Source: Flavobacteriales bacterium
Lineage (GTDB): Bacteria > Bacteroidota > Bacteroidia > Palsa-965
Assembly (NCBI GenBank): GCA_040377305.1
Contig: JBEIPA010000005.1
Coordinates: 96,001-160,000, forward strand
Direction: 5' to 3'
DNA length: 64,000 bases
The position numbers and the translations under genes were made by a program. Below, piece after piece: positions 38,426 through 48,478 of this stretch. The notes beneath the pieces are model-generated. The model ran no database searches and had not been told where the DNA came from. It saw nothing but the letters and a program-made list of their open reading frames with translations. Positions within the stretch are counted from its first letter, which is position 1, and every line of letters starts with the position of its first letter.

Positions 38426-39316
38426 CTAACACCACCGCATCATTACCCACAGAACCACCATCAGCCCATCAATCACCAGCGAGAAATAATACTCGTGCCG
38501 TTTCGGTGTGCTCATCGCAATTACAACACACGTAATGATTGTCCATATCCCATAGAGAACCACGTGATGAAATTCCACAAGCGTACTCATCCTATCAGCG
38601 AGAAAAACACCAACAAGCGACAACAGCATCCCGGCAATTCCGATGGCAATTGATTTCTTTACACCAAAAACCGAAGGCAGTGTTTTCAAACGATCTCCGT
38701 CGTAAAGCAAGTCGCGAATGTCGAATGGAATTGTAATCGAGAATATCATCATGCTGCAGGCAATCATCCAGCAGGTCACTTCCGGGGATGTCCATTCCGG
38801 GTAACTTCCGTCGGCCGCTGCCGGAACCCAAACACAGCTCATTCCCCAAACAATTCCAACAATGAAAATTTTGATCATGGGAATTTCTCGTAGCTTGATC
38901 CAGCGTTTCTTCCAGTAGATTGCAGGAAACGCGTACGCAACGGAAAGGGCTGCGGGAATCAGCGCAATAAGCTGAGTGCGTCGATACAACTGAAAAAAAG
39001 CCCACGTCGCCGCTACCATGGCAATGATTGAAATTCCAAGCAGCAACTTTCTATTCTGTGTGTTCCAGCGATGACGAATGAATTGCCGTTCAACGAGTAC
39101 TTCCTGAAAAGCCGCTGGTAATCGCTGAAGATTGTACAGAAAAAACGTTCCGCAGAAAACGAAAACGTACAACTCTCTTCGTAAATGGAAATCGAATAAT
39201 TCCTGCGTCACACCCACGAGTGCAATCGCACAAACTGCAATGTGCAGATTACTGAAGAGATAAAAATCCAGGATTCGTTTTAGCGGATTGCGGTTCTGAT
39301 CAGCGGACGACCCCAT
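38426..39316 (-). CDS. UbiA-like multi-pass membrane protein
   Basis: About 8 TM segments; LREIP..KIFIVG.VW, PFDIRD..YD...L.TLP..FG. Confidence 0.7.
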   Translation of the reverse strand: MGSSADQNRNPLKRILDFYLFSNLHIAVCAIALVGVTQELFDFHLRRELYVFVFCGTFFLYNLQRLPAAFQEVLVERQFIRHRWNTQNRKLLLGISIIAMVAATWAFFQLYRRTQLIALIPAALSVAYAFPAIYWKKRWIKLREIPMIKIFIVGIVWGMSCVWVPAAADGSYPEWTSPEVTCWMIACSMMIFSITIPFDIRDLLYDGDRLKTLPSVFGVKKSIAIGIAGMLLSLVGVFLADRMSTLVEFHHVVLYGIWTIITCVVIAMSTPKRHEYYFSLVIDGLMVVLWVMMRWC

Positions 39317-39932
39317 TGCTGGTGTTGATAATCGACTGCGTAACAACTCCAGCGGCAAATCCGACTGCACCTGCAACCAGTGTACGCATGATACGTTTTT
39401 GGCGTGCAACTTTTTCGTAACCCATCAGATAAGTGTCGTACTTGAGATAATTTGGGTTCGACACTGATCCCGGGCGAATTTTCACCCGGAAGGCAAGTGA
39501 GACTGCACTATAACCAAACGGTGCTACCAGACCGAGCGCATTTCCAGTGTAGCCTCCTCCAAATCCTGCGACAAATCCACCCGCAATCCAAAGCGGACAG
39601 TGATAAGACCGACGTGCATCGCGCTCTCCCTGCAGAAAATAACGGACTTCATTTGGCGTGTAATAATTTCCGAAAAGCGTGTCTTGTTTATAGAAAACGG
39701 CTTCTGACCCCGTTTTATATTTAACAGAAAATACAAGTTCCTGTTCGATGAAATCTGCTTTGTAGCCCCCACCCTTCTTGGGGATCAGAATCTTCAGCTT
39801 TTCGTTGGACGTATCTTTCACCACGCCCTCCACCGTTCTTCCGCTCATGAGGTAAACCGTATCCAACTTCTCCTGCGCAAACAGGAAACCAACAGGTAAT
39901 AGCAAAACCGCCAACAACAATCTGAATTTCAT
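39300..39932 (-). CDS. Hypothetical exported/membrane protein
   Basis: Signal peptide MKFRLLL...FAQ; DTVYLMSG..VEG.V domain; Gly-rich C-terminal hydrophobic segments. Confidence 0.75.
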   Translation of the reverse strand: MKFRLLLAVLLLPVGFLFAQEKLDTVYLMSGRTVEGVVKDTSNEKLKILIPKKGGGYKADFIEQELVFSVKYKTGSEAVFYKQDTLFGNYYTPNEVRYFLQGERDARRSYHCPLWIAGGFVAGFGGGYTGNALGLVAPFGYSAVSLAFRVKIRPGSVSNPNYLKYDTYLMGYEKVARQKRIMRTLVAGAVGFAAGVVTQSIINTSNGVVR

Positions 39933-40124
39933 TCGGTTTGAGATATGGTCAAATATAAGGAAAGTAGCCTGAAAAGTTAGGCAGTAAGCAGTTGTACAGT
40001 TGACCGGCAGTTGTGAAATTCTGATGAAAACTTTTCTTCGCCGACTGCCGACAGACAGACTGCCCAACTGCCTACTGATTTCGTATCTTTGTCGCCCATA
40101 AACACACCGCTTTTTCCACACACT

Positions 40125-42977
40125 ATGTATACCGACAATTTCACGCGACGTCACATCGGACCTTCAGAGGCCGACACTCAAGAAATGCTAAAGCTGATTG
40201 GCGTTTCAACTGTTGATGAGCTAATCGAGCAAACCATCCCATCTTCGATCCGATTGAAGAAACCTTTAGCGATTGAAAAAGGTTTGGGTGAGTTCGAGTA
40301 CCACCGTCACCTGAAAGCACTCGGCGCAAAAAATAAATTGTACCGTACGTATATCGGACTTGGTTACAACGGCACAATTACTCCTCCTGTAATTCAGAGA
40401 AACATTCTCGAGAATCCGGGTTGGTATACAGCATACACACCGTATCAGGCAGAAATTGCACAAGGGCGTTTGGAAGCTCTTCTGAATTTCCAGACCATGG
40501 TGATGGATCTCACCGCAATGCCATTGGCGAATGCATCTCTGCTCGATGAAGCCACTGCAGCTGCAGAAGCAATGACTTTGCTTTACAACAACCGTAGCCG
40601 CGACGCAGTTAAACGCAATGCGAATACATTTTTCGTTTCTGAACTCGCTTATCCGCAAACAATTGATTTGCTGAAAACACGTTCAGAGCCATTGAACATT
40701 CAGCTTGTCATTGGCGATCACAAAACATTCGCATTCAACGAATCTATTTTCGGTGCGTTGCTCCAGTATCCTGATATCAACGGAGAAGTACACGACTACC
40801 GTAAGTTCACTGATGCCGCGCATGCCGCAGGCGCTGGTGTTGCGGTAGCAGCAGATTTGTTGTCGCTCGCGTTGTTAACTCCTCCGGGAGAATGGGGCGC
40901 CGATGTTGTTTTCGGAAATTCACAGCGCTTCGGAGTTCCAATGGGCTTCGGCGGACCACACGCAGCATTTTTCACTGCCAAAGAAGATTTCAAGCGTCTT
41001 ATGCCTGGACGTATCATTGGTGTTTCAGTAGACAGTAATGGCAATCATGCATTGCGCATGGCGTTACAGACACGTGAGCAGCATATCAAACGTGATCGTG
41101 CAACATCAAACATTTGCACCGCACAGGCATTGCTCGCCATCATGGCAGGAATGTATGCTGTATATCATGGTCCGAAAGGAATCAAAGCCATTGCCGAAGA
41201 AGTAAATGGAAATGTTGCGAAGCTCGCAGGCGCATTGACCGCAGCAGGATTCAAGCTCGTGAACAATTCGTTCTTCGACACAATTACTATTGAAGCCGAT
41301 GCTGCGAAAGCAAAAACTATTCGCGATGCTGCTGAGAAATCAGGAATCAATTTCCGTTTTGGCAACAACACCGTTTCTGTAACGCTTGATCAAACGGTGA
41401 GCACATCCGATATGTCAGACATTCTTGCTGCATTCGGAATTAAGAATGCTGCAACAGCCGTGCAAGGTATTCCTTCTTCGAATACACGAACATCGTCTTA
41501 TCTCTCGCATCCGATTTTCAATACGTATCATTCAGAAACTGAAATGATGCGTTACATCAAGAAACTCGAGAACAAAGATTTGTCTCTGGTTCACTCGATG
41601 ATTTCTCTCGGATCGTGTACGATGAAACTCAATGCGGCTTCAGAGCTTATGCCAATTACATGGCCTGAGTTTGCAAACATTCACCCGTTTGTTCCGGCCG
41701 ATCAGGCGGTGGGTTATCACGAACTCATCAACACACTGGATAAAGACCTCAGCGAGATCACAGGTTTTGCGGCAATGTCTTTCCAGCCAAACTCTGGTGC
41801 ACAAGGAGAATACGCAGGGTTGATGGTAATTCGCGCGTATCACATTTCGCGCGGCGATGGTCACCGTAATGTTTCCTTGATTCCATCTTCTGCTCACGGA
41901 ACAAATCCGGCTTCTGCTGCAATGGCAGGAATGGAAATTGTTGTGGTGAAGTGCGACGAGAAAGGAAACATCGATGTTGCTGATTTACGTGCGAAAGCAG
42001 AACAATACAAAGATCGCTTGTCATGTCTGATGGTTACTTATCCATCGACCCACGGCGTGTATGAAGAATCTATCATGGAAATCACGTCTATCATTCACGC
42101 GAATGGCGGACAGGTTTACATGGATGGAGCAAACATGAACGCACAGGTTGGATTGACATCACCGGGAAATATCGGTGCTGATGTTTGTCACCTGAATCTT
42201 CACAAAACTTTCGCAATTCCACACGGTGGAGGTGGACCAGGAATGGGGCCGATTGGTGTTGCCAAGCATCTTGTGCCATTTCTTCCTTCTCATCCTGTTG
42301 TAAAAACAGGTGGCGACAAAGGAATTGCAGCCGTTTCAGCAGCTCCTTTCGGAAGCGCGTTGATACTACTTGTTTCTTACGGCTACATCAAAATGTTGGG
42401 TGGCGATGGTATGACAGATTCAACCAAGATGGCGATCGTGAACGCGAACTACATCAAGGAAAAACTAAAAGGACACTACGCTACACTCTATACAAATCAC
42501 AACGGTCGTGTTGCGCATGAAATGATTTTGCAGTGCGAAGAATTCAAGCGTACAGCGAAAGTGGAAGTTGCCGATATCGCAAAGCGTCTGATGGATTATG
42601 GATTTCATGCTCCGACAGTTGCGTTCCCTGTACACGATACATTAATGGTGGAGCCAACCGAATCTGAACCAAAAAGTGAACTCGATAAGTTTTGTGAAGC
42701 GATGATTAGTATCCGAAAAGAGATTGCTGAGATCGCAGATGGCAAATCGGATGTTGTAGATAACGTATTAAAGAACTCCCCGCACACGGCAGATTCTGTG
42801 ATAAATGACAGCTGGTCACACAATTATAGTCGCGAGAAGGCCGTTTACCCGCTGAATTGGGTAAAAGAAGCGAAATTTTGGCCAACTGTAGGTCGCGTAG
42901 ATAATGCGTATGGAGATCGTAATCTCGTTTGCAGCTGTTTGCCCATTGAAGCCTATCTCGAGCCGGTAATCGCTTAA
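40125..42977 (+). CDS. gcvP: Glycine dehydrogenase (glycine cleavage P protein)
   Basis: [52 protein letters not shown]. Confidence 0.98.
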   Translation: MYTDNFTRRHIGPSEADTQEMLKLIGVSTVDELIEQTIPSSIRLKKPLAIEKGLGEFEYHRHLKALGAKNKLYRTYIGLGYNGTITPPVIQRNILENPGWYTAYTPYQAEIAQGRLEALLNFQTMVMDLTAMPLANASLLDEATAAAEAMTLLYNNRSRDAVKRNANTFFVSELAYPQTIDLLKTRSEPLNIQLVIGDHKTFAFNESIFGALLQYPDINGEVHDYRKFTDAAHAAGAGVAVAADLLSLALLTPPGEWGADVVFGNSQRFGVPMGFGGPHAAFFTAKEDFKRLMPGRIIGVSVDSNGNHALRMALQTREQHIKRDRATSNICTAQALLAIMAGMYAVYHGPKGIKAIAEEVNGNVAKLAGALTAAGFKLVNNSFFDTITIEADAAKAKTIRDAAEKSGINFRFGNNTVSVTLDQTVSTSDMSDILAAFGIKNAATAVQGIPSSNTRTSSYLSHPIFNTYHSETEMMRYIKKLENKDLSLVHSMISLGSCTMKLNAASELMPITWPEFANIHPFVPADQAVGYHELINTLDKDLSEITGFAAMSFQPNSGAQGEYAGLMVIRAYHISRGDGHRNVSLIPSSAHGTNPASAAMAGMEIVVVKCDEKGNIDVADLRAKAEQYKDRLSCLMVTYPSTHGVYEESIMEITSIIHANGGQVYMDGANMNAQVGLTSPGNIGADVCHLNLHKTFAIPHGGGGPGMGPIGVAKHLVPFLPSHPVVKTGGDKGIAAVSAAPFGSALILLVSYGYIKMLGGDGMTDSTKMAIVNANYIKEKLKGHYATLYTNHNGRVAHEMILQCEEFKRTAKVEVADIAKRLMDYGFHAPTVAFPVHDTLMVEPTESEPKSELDKFCEAMISIRKEIAEIADGKSDVVDNVLKNSPHTADSVINDSWSHNYSREKAVYPLNWVKEAKFWPTVGRVDNAYGDRNLVCSCLPIEAYLEPVIA

Positions 42978-43100
42978 CGCGTAAGAAATTTAACAAGTCG
43001 AGTGGTTAAAATCATTGAATCTGTGCCGATTTCTTAACCATATCCTTATATTTGTAATTCGTAAAACACTATAATCAAAACCAAATCTAAATCCTCAGCA

Positions 43101-44084
43101 ATGAAGAAAATTTACACTCTTGCAGTATTCTCTTTAGCTGTCCTTGGCATGAACGCACAGGAAAGCGTAAATAAGAATTTCACAGGACCAGCTGCTCCAG
43201 CACAAGGTAACGTTACGCCAAACGTATTGGCTAACGGAGATACTTTGATGTGGATGCCTTTAGCTGGTTACTACATTAACCCAACTGACCAAGCTGGTTT
43301 CAGCATTCAGATTGAAGATATCGATGGTGCTACTGTTGAGGCAAACACAATTCAGTGCTCTGATTGGTGCTTGTTCTACTCTACTGATCCTTCTGATATC
43401 CAACCTAACCAAGGCGATATCGACACAGCTTTCTTCTGGGGAGCAACTTCATGGTTCGCACCTGTTGGTCAGGCTTCTAACTGGCTCGAGTTCGGTCCTA
43501 TCACTCTTCCTGCTACAGGCGGACACATTGAGTGGATGTACAAAATCCAGGACAACGCATTCCGTGATGGTTACAAGATTCGTGTGAACACAACAAGCCT
43601 TAACGCTTCTGACTTCACTGATCCAGCTATCTATTCAATCGGAGACAACGCTGCTTCTACAAACGGAGACACTACATGGACACAAGCTCCAGGTGCTGAT
43701 ATGTCAGCTTATGCTGGTCAGCAAGTGTACATTGCATTCGAGCACGACGCGAACGATATGTTCATCATCTGGATTGACAATATCATCGTTATCGAAGGAC
43801 CAATGAGCGTTACTGAGAACAACGGTGTTACTTTGAACTCTGCAATGCCTAACCCTGCTAACGACGGAACAATCATTTCTTACAACCTCGCTACTTCTTC
43901 TGACGTTGTAATCACAATGACTGACGTTACAGGTAAAGTTGTTTACACTGAGAACCGTATGAACCAGAATGCTGGTTTGAACAACGTTTCAGTTAACACA
44001 GCTGAGCTTGCAAACGGCGTTTACTTCTACACTGTATCTGCTAACGGCGTTACAGCTACACAGAAGCTCGCAGTTCAGCACTAA
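43101..44084 (+). CDS. T9SS-secreted protein with cleaved-adhesin (choice-of-anchor J)-like domain
   Basis: Signal peptide; ASNWL..GPI.L, AYAGQQVYIAFEH...D...IWIDNI; CTD MPNPAN...GVYFY...TQKL. Confidence 0.85.
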   Translation: MKKIYTLAVFSLAVLGMNAQESVNKNFTGPAAPAQGNVTPNVLANGDTLMWMPLAGYYINPTDQAGFSIQIEDIDGATVEANTIQCSDWCLFYSTDPSDIQPNQGDIDTAFFWGATSWFAPVGQASNWLEFGPITLPATGGHIEWMYKIQDNAFRDGYKIRVNTTSLNASDFTDPAIYSIGDNAASTNGDTTWTQAPGADMSAYAGQQVYIAFEHDANDMFIIWIDNIIVIEGPMSVTENNGVTLNSAMPNPANDGTIISYNLATSSDVVITMTDVTGKVVYTENRMNQNAGLNNVSVNTAELANGVYFYTVSANGVTATQKLAVQH

Positions 44085-44099
44085 GCTTACTACGATTTC

Positions 44100-44137
44100 A
44101 AACAAAAAGCCCGGCCGAAAAGTCGGGCTTTTTGTTT
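44100..44137 (+). terminator. Intrinsic terminator
   Basis: AAACAAAAAGCCCGGC-CGAAAA-GTCGGGCTTTTTGTTT. Confidence 0.85.
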
Positions 44138-44268
44138 AGATAAGCGGGAGATGGAAGCACTTGAACAGGTACAAAGGTTAGCTGTTGCTCCAATTTTACA
44201 CCCGTCGCCCGACTGTTGTTTCGCGTCTTTTCGCTATATTTGTTTTTATCACAAACAAAAACTGAAAC

Positions 44269-45456
44269 ATGAAAAAAATCTACTCTGTAGTAGCTTGTGC
44301 GTTGTTGACTCTTGGAGTGAATGCACAAAGCATTCAGACTGTACCAAACGGTGGGCGTGTTGTTCACGGTGTTGACCGCTCGAACCCTCCAACAACTCAA
44401 TCCGCGATGTCGTTCTATACAGACTACGACTTTATGGATGAGACGTATAATGTTGACTCATTGGGTGGACTTTACGCACGTTACATCTGGGACATGAACA
44501 TGAACTACGATCTGACCTTGGCTGACACTGCCATCACTTATGCAGTGGTTGATTTCAGTTCGTTCTGGGATTCTTACAATGCGAATGGACCAACTCCGGT
44601 TCCAAACAATATGTTCAACACGTACACAATTGATTCTGTGTTTATCCTTGGAGGTCACTCGAACTTCTCCGGTCAGCCAGACACAATTGTTATTGTAACA
44701 GTTGGTTTGAATGGTGCTGGTTATCCGCAAAACAACACGGTGCTTGATCGTGACACTATCATTGCAACTAACTTCGGAACTGTAAACAGTTTCTTACAGG
44801 CTGCTGTAATCGGTGTTGAGGTGAACCACACGATCACTAACCCTGCTACAAAATTCGGAATTCGCGTTGAGTACTACGGTGACCGTACACTTGACACATT
44901 CGGAATCCTTGCTGGTTTCGGTGATCTTGGACCAGGAAACTGCTCGGTTAACTCAAACCTTCCAAACTTTGCGTTGCCTTCCCACCATGGACCTAACAGC
45001 TATCGTTTCGATATGCGCTACAGCCCTGCAAATGGAATGCTGCCAACCGCTTCAGGTATTGATACATACTATGAGTGCAACGGTACAGCTGGAAAACAGC
45101 CAGGTCTTGATTCTGAAAACTTCCTTCAGAACTGGGGCATCTGGGCAAAAATCACTGTAGACGGTGTTGGTATCAACGAAACTCCTAACACTGGAATTTC
45201 ATTGGAGCAGAACATGCCAAACCCTGCAGGCAACAGCACGCAAATCAAATACAACCTCGCGAATAACGGACAGAATGTTGCCCTTGAAGTCTATGACATC
45301 ACAGGACAACTGATTGAGTCAGTTGATCAAGGTTCACGCGCTGCTGGTCAACACACAATCGACCTGAACACGGCTAACTACGCTGCTGGTGTATACTTCT
45401 ACACTTTGAACGTTGATGGAGTTAAAGTGACTAAGAAAATGGTGATCAGCGAGTAA
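44269..45456 (+). CDS. T9SS-secreted protein of unknown function
   Basis: Signal peptide (MKKIY, as in the upstream gene); CTD QNMPNP...VYDITGQL...GVYFYTL...TKKMVI. Confidence 0.85.
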   Translation: MKKIYSVVACALLTLGVNAQSIQTVPNGGRVVHGVDRSNPPTTQSAMSFYTDYDFMDETYNVDSLGGLYARYIWDMNMNYDLTLADTAITYAVVDFSSFWDSYNANGPTPVPNNMFNTYTIDSVFILGGHSNFSGQPDTIVIVTVGLNGAGYPQNNTVLDRDTIIATNFGTVNSFLQAAVIGVEVNHTITNPATKFGIRVEYYGDRTLDTFGILAGFGDLGPGNCSVNSNLPNFALPSHHGPNSYRFDMRYSPANGMLPTASGIDTYYECNGTAGKQPGLDSENFLQNWGIWAKITVDGVGINETPNTGISLEQNMPNPAGNSTQIKYNLANNGQNVALEVYDITGQLIESVDQGSRAAGQHTIDLNTANYAAGVYFYTLNVDGVKVTKKMVISE

Positions 45457-45465
45457 TCCTGAAGC

Positions 45466-45518
45466 AACCACAATAAAAAAAGCCTGGCGATTAAACGTCA
45501 GGCTTTTTTATTGTGGTT
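45466..45518. terminator. Bidirectional terminator
   Basis: AACCACAATAAAAAAAGCCTG...CAGGCTTTTTTATTGTGGTT long stem between convergent genes. Confidence 0.85.
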
Positions 45519-45567
45519 GTGTACGGTCCTGAAATGAGTTGACCTAAGTATCCGTGTCTGCTACTGT

Positions 45568-46338
45568 CTAAAGGCTCCCGTCTTTTTCGAGACGCTCACG
45601 AAACTCCTGAAGAAACTTGGTAGCATAAACGAACTCGGAAAGTTCCTTCTGCTTCGTAGTAAGAATCTCTTTACGCGTTCCTTCCCACAACTTCAAGCCT
45701 TTGTGCAGGTATGCGATGCGATCACCAATTTCAAGAACAGAATTCATATCGTGTGTGATTACAACGGTAGTCATGTCGTATTCGATCGTAAGATCTTTGA
45801 TCAACTCGTCAATGAGAATGGATGTCTTCGGATCGAGTCCGGAGTTTGGCTCATCGCAGAAAAGATACTTTGGCTTCAACGCAATCGCACGCGCAATCGC
45901 TACGCGCTTCTTCATTCCACCGGAAAGTTCTGCAGGAAATAATTTCAAAACATTCGGAAGATTCACACGTTCGAGACAGTGCTGAACACGATCGCGTTTT
46001 TCACTCAACGGCATATCCGTAAAAACGGAAAGTGCGAACATCACATTTTCTTCCACCGTCATTGAATCAAACAGTGCAGAGCCCTGGAAAAGCATTCCGA
46101 TTTTCTTGCGGATGGTTTTCTGAGCTTCCCAATCCATTTTCAGAAAATCTTCGCCGTCGTAAAGCACTTCGCCGGTTTCAGGAATGATAAGTCCCACCAT
46201 GCATTTAATGAGTACCGACTTACCCGTCCCGCTTTCTCCGATGATGAGGTTCGTTTTTCCCTTCTCAAATACGAATGAGAAATCTTTGAGAACCTGTTTC
46301 TCTCCGAATGATTTGTTAATGTTGCGCACTTCGATCAT
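45568..46338 (-). CDS. mlaF: ABC transporter ATP-binding protein (MlaF/Mkl type)
   Basis: GESGTGKS, LFQGSALFDSMTV, LSGGMKKRVAIARA, DEPNSGLDP. Confidence 0.88.
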   Translation of the reverse strand: MIEVRNINKSFGEKQVLKDFSFVFEKGKTNLIIGESGTGKSVLIKCMVGLIIPETGEVLYDGEDFLKMDWEAQKTIRKKIGMLFQGSALFDSMTVEENVMFALSVFTDMPLSEKRDRVQHCLERVNLPNVLKLFPAELSGGMKKRVAIARAIALKPKYLFCDEPNSGLDPKTSILIDELIKDLTIEYDMTTVVITHDMNSVLEIGDRIAYLHKGLKLWEGTRKEILTTKQKELSEFVYATKFLQEFRERLEKDGSL

Positions 46339-47084
46339 CCCAGCAACATTTGTGTGAGTATGAAATTGAAGAGCAACAGCACAATGATACTATATACCAC
46401 TGCGCGAGTACTTGCCTGTCCGACTTCCAGTGATCCGCCTTTGGTATAATAACCATGATAAGCAGAAACCGACGGAATGATAAAGCCGAAGAAAAGTGAT
46501 TTAGTCAAAGCATAGAATACGTTGTATGGACGGAAGTCATACTGAATGCCGTAAACAAATTCGTATGGAGTAACCACTCCCGCTGCAACACCGAGCGTGA
46601 ATCCACCCATGTGACCGAGGAACATACTGATCACAACCATGAATGGGAAAATGAAAACCGATGCAACAATTTTCGGCAGAATAAGAAAGCTTGCAGAGTT
46701 GACACCCATTACATCGAGCGCATCTATCTGTTCGCTCACGCGCATGTTGCCGAGTTCGGATGCGATACTCGAACCTACTTTTCCGGCAAGGATCAGACTC
46801 ACAATTGTTGGTGCGAATTCGAGTACGATAGAATCGCGTGCTGCAACACCAACAGCATACAACGGAATCCAAGGGCTTTCAAATCCGAATGCCGCTTGAA
46901 TTGTGATAACCGCTCCCATGAAAATGGAAATGATAGCCACAACTCCGAGTGAGCCAATTCCGATGGCATTAATCTCGAAGAACACGCGGTTCCAGAAAAT
47001 GCTGGCTTTCTCAGGACGCCGGAAAACCTGCATCAGCATGAGCCAGTATCGCCCAACGTGATAAATCAAACGCAGTGGATCCAT
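46335..47084 (-). CDS. mlaE: MlaE-family ABC permease
   Basis: EFAPT....ILAGKVGS.IASELG.MRVSEQIDAL.VMG; GG..EVG.ASTRAVV. Confidence 0.9.
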   Translation of the reverse strand: MDPLRLIYHVGRYWLMLMQVFRRPEKASIFWNRVFFEINAIGIGSLGVVAIISIFMGAVITIQAAFGFESPWIPLYAVGVAARDSIVLEFAPTIVSLILAGKVGSSIASELGNMRVSEQIDALDVMGVNSASFLILPKIVASVFIFPFMVVISMFLGHMGGFTLGVAAGVVTPYEFVYGIQYDFRPYNVFYALTKSLFFGFIIPSVSAYHGYYTKGGSLEVGQASTRAVVYSIIVLLLFNFILTQMLLG

Positions 47085-47302
47085 AGAATGGCTAAAATTA
47101 CCTAATTCGGAGACAACTACGGTGAAAAAGCGCATAAGGAAGAGGGATTGGGAATTAGGGAATTTAGGCTCAGCGAGATAAGAATGGAAGCATGCCTAAA
47201 TTCCCTAACCCACTATTACTCACCACTAATTCCCCGTTCCCTGTACCATTCTGATCATTCTAACGTTATAACCAGAGACGCTCCTTATTAGTATATTTGA
47301 TC

Positions 47303-47470
47303 ATGACTCGCATCTACCGTCGCTTACTTCCACTGCTGATTCTGGGCGCTTTTGCAACCACTTCATTAGAAGGCTGCTTCATGTTCGGAGGAAAGAACAA
47401 TTGCGGCGATTGTCCGAGCTTCAAGAGCAACAACAAGCCTAAGAAGCAGAAGCGTAAAAAGAAGCATTAG
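47303..47470 (+). CDS. 55-aa lipoprotein with CxxCP motif and polybasic tail (absent from the ORF track)
   Basis: MTRIYRRLLPLLILGAFATTSLEGCFMFGGKNNCGDCPSFKSNNKPKKQKRKKKH; lipobox LEGC; TATATTTG promoter at 47292-47299; adjacent paralog. Confidence 0.8.
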   Translation: MTRIYRRLLPLLILGAFATTSLEGCFMFGGKNNCGDCPSFKSNNKPKKQKRKKKH

Positions 47471-47516
47471 TCAATGTGCTAATATGCTAATGAGTTAATT
47501 TGCTAATCCGGAACTC

Positions 47517-47666
47517 TTGAATATTCGTCGGTTGTTGCCATTCATCTTGCTAGGCACGGTTTTGTTTACTTCACTGGAAGGGTGTAAGCTATTTGAAAAG
47601 AACAAATGCGATACGTGTCCCCATGGCGATGGGAGCAAGCCGAAGAAACAGAAGCGGAAGCATTAG
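47517..47666 (+). CDS. 49-aa paralogous CxxCP lipoprotein (TTG start; absent from the ORF track)
   Basis: (M)NIRRLLPFILLGTVLFTSLEGCKLFEKNKCDTCPHGDGSKPKKQKRKH; motif-level conservation with 47303-47470. Confidence 0.7.
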   Translation: MNIRRLLPFILLGTVLFTSLEGCKLFEKNKCDTCPHGDGSKPKKQKRKH

Positions 47667-47716
47667 TTTTCCCGTGTGTTATTCGTGCGCGACGCCTACG
47701 GCATCGCGCTGCTAAA

Positions 47717-48100
47717 ATGTGGGTTAGGGTACGGCGTGTTTGTTACACATGTTTGGCTTCTCTGAAGCCATGCTACACTCACGTAATCATCACGCCAAAC
47801 ATGCTATACAACCAGCGACCGACGCCTAAGGCGTTCTGCAATTACTTTGTAAGGCATCGTGCAGAACAATGGGTTGGGGCGTGGCGTGTTTGTTACACAT
47901 TGACTTCTCTGAAGCCGTGCTACACTCACGTAATCATCACGCCAAACATGATATGCAAGCAACGAGCGATGCCCAACGCATGCTGCAATTACTTTGTAAG
48001 GTGCGAAACGCCCGTGTGTTGCTCATGCCTGGCGTCCTAGATGCTGCGTAATTTGAAGGTCCCATCGGGACCAAACATGTGTAACACAACCCTCGCCCAC
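47717..48100. repeat. Two ~150-bp direct repeats plus an inverted REP-like unit
   Basis: Units 47717-47854 and 47868-48001. Inverted copy of TGTTACACATGTTTGG plus hairpin at 48058-48100. Confidence 0.85.
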
Positions 48101-48231
48101 GGAATCTCTCTATAGCTTGCCGATCGCCTGCGATCGTACAACAGCACCTCGCAGTAGAGTCGCAGCAAATACCGCATTCTAGGTAGACTTCCCCGAGACA
48201 ATCACACCTCACGATTCCGTACCTTTACCCT

Positions 48232-48474
48232 GTGAAAAACGACAACCTCGCGTCGCTGATTCCAGGAGAAAAAGCCATAATCGATTCATTCACCGATCCG
48301 GAATTATCGGTGAAGCTTCTTGAAATGGGCTGCACTCCAGGTGAAGAAGTTACCCTTGAAAAAGTAGCTCCTTTTGGTGATCCTATCGCTGTGAATGTTG
48401 CCGGTTACACACTCAGTCTTCGTCTATCCGAAGCAGCTACCGTTAAAATCCTTCGCGTAGGTAACGCCAACTGA
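48232..48474 (+). CDS. feoA: Ferrous iron transport protein A
   Basis: LLEMGCTPG..V.....APFGDPI.V...GY.LSLR.SEA. Confidence 0.93.
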   Translation: MKNDNLASLIPGEKAIIDSFTDPELSVKLLEMGCTPGEEVTLEKVAPFGDPIAVNVAGYTLSLRLSEAATVKILRVGNAN

Positions 48475-48478
48475 TTTC

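Noticed and set aside
39933-40124. Glycine riboswitch upstream of gcvP
   Set aside because: The promoter lies about 35 nt from the ATG and no aptamer motifs are visible; the structure there is a heptamer hairpin.
47717-48001. CRISPR array
   Set aside because: Only two long degenerate units, no repeat-spacer pattern and no cas genes.
47606-48040. 144-aa Cys-rich ORF with an internal repeat
   Set aside because: It is the translation of the 150-bp DNA duplication, overlaps the second mini-lipoprotein out of frame, and most differences between units are non-synonymous. The frame-preserving 3-nt indel is weak contrary evidence.
47780-48230. Fur box upstream of feoA
   Set aside because: Only partial TAATCAT half-sites inside the repeats; no convincing 19-bp palindrome.
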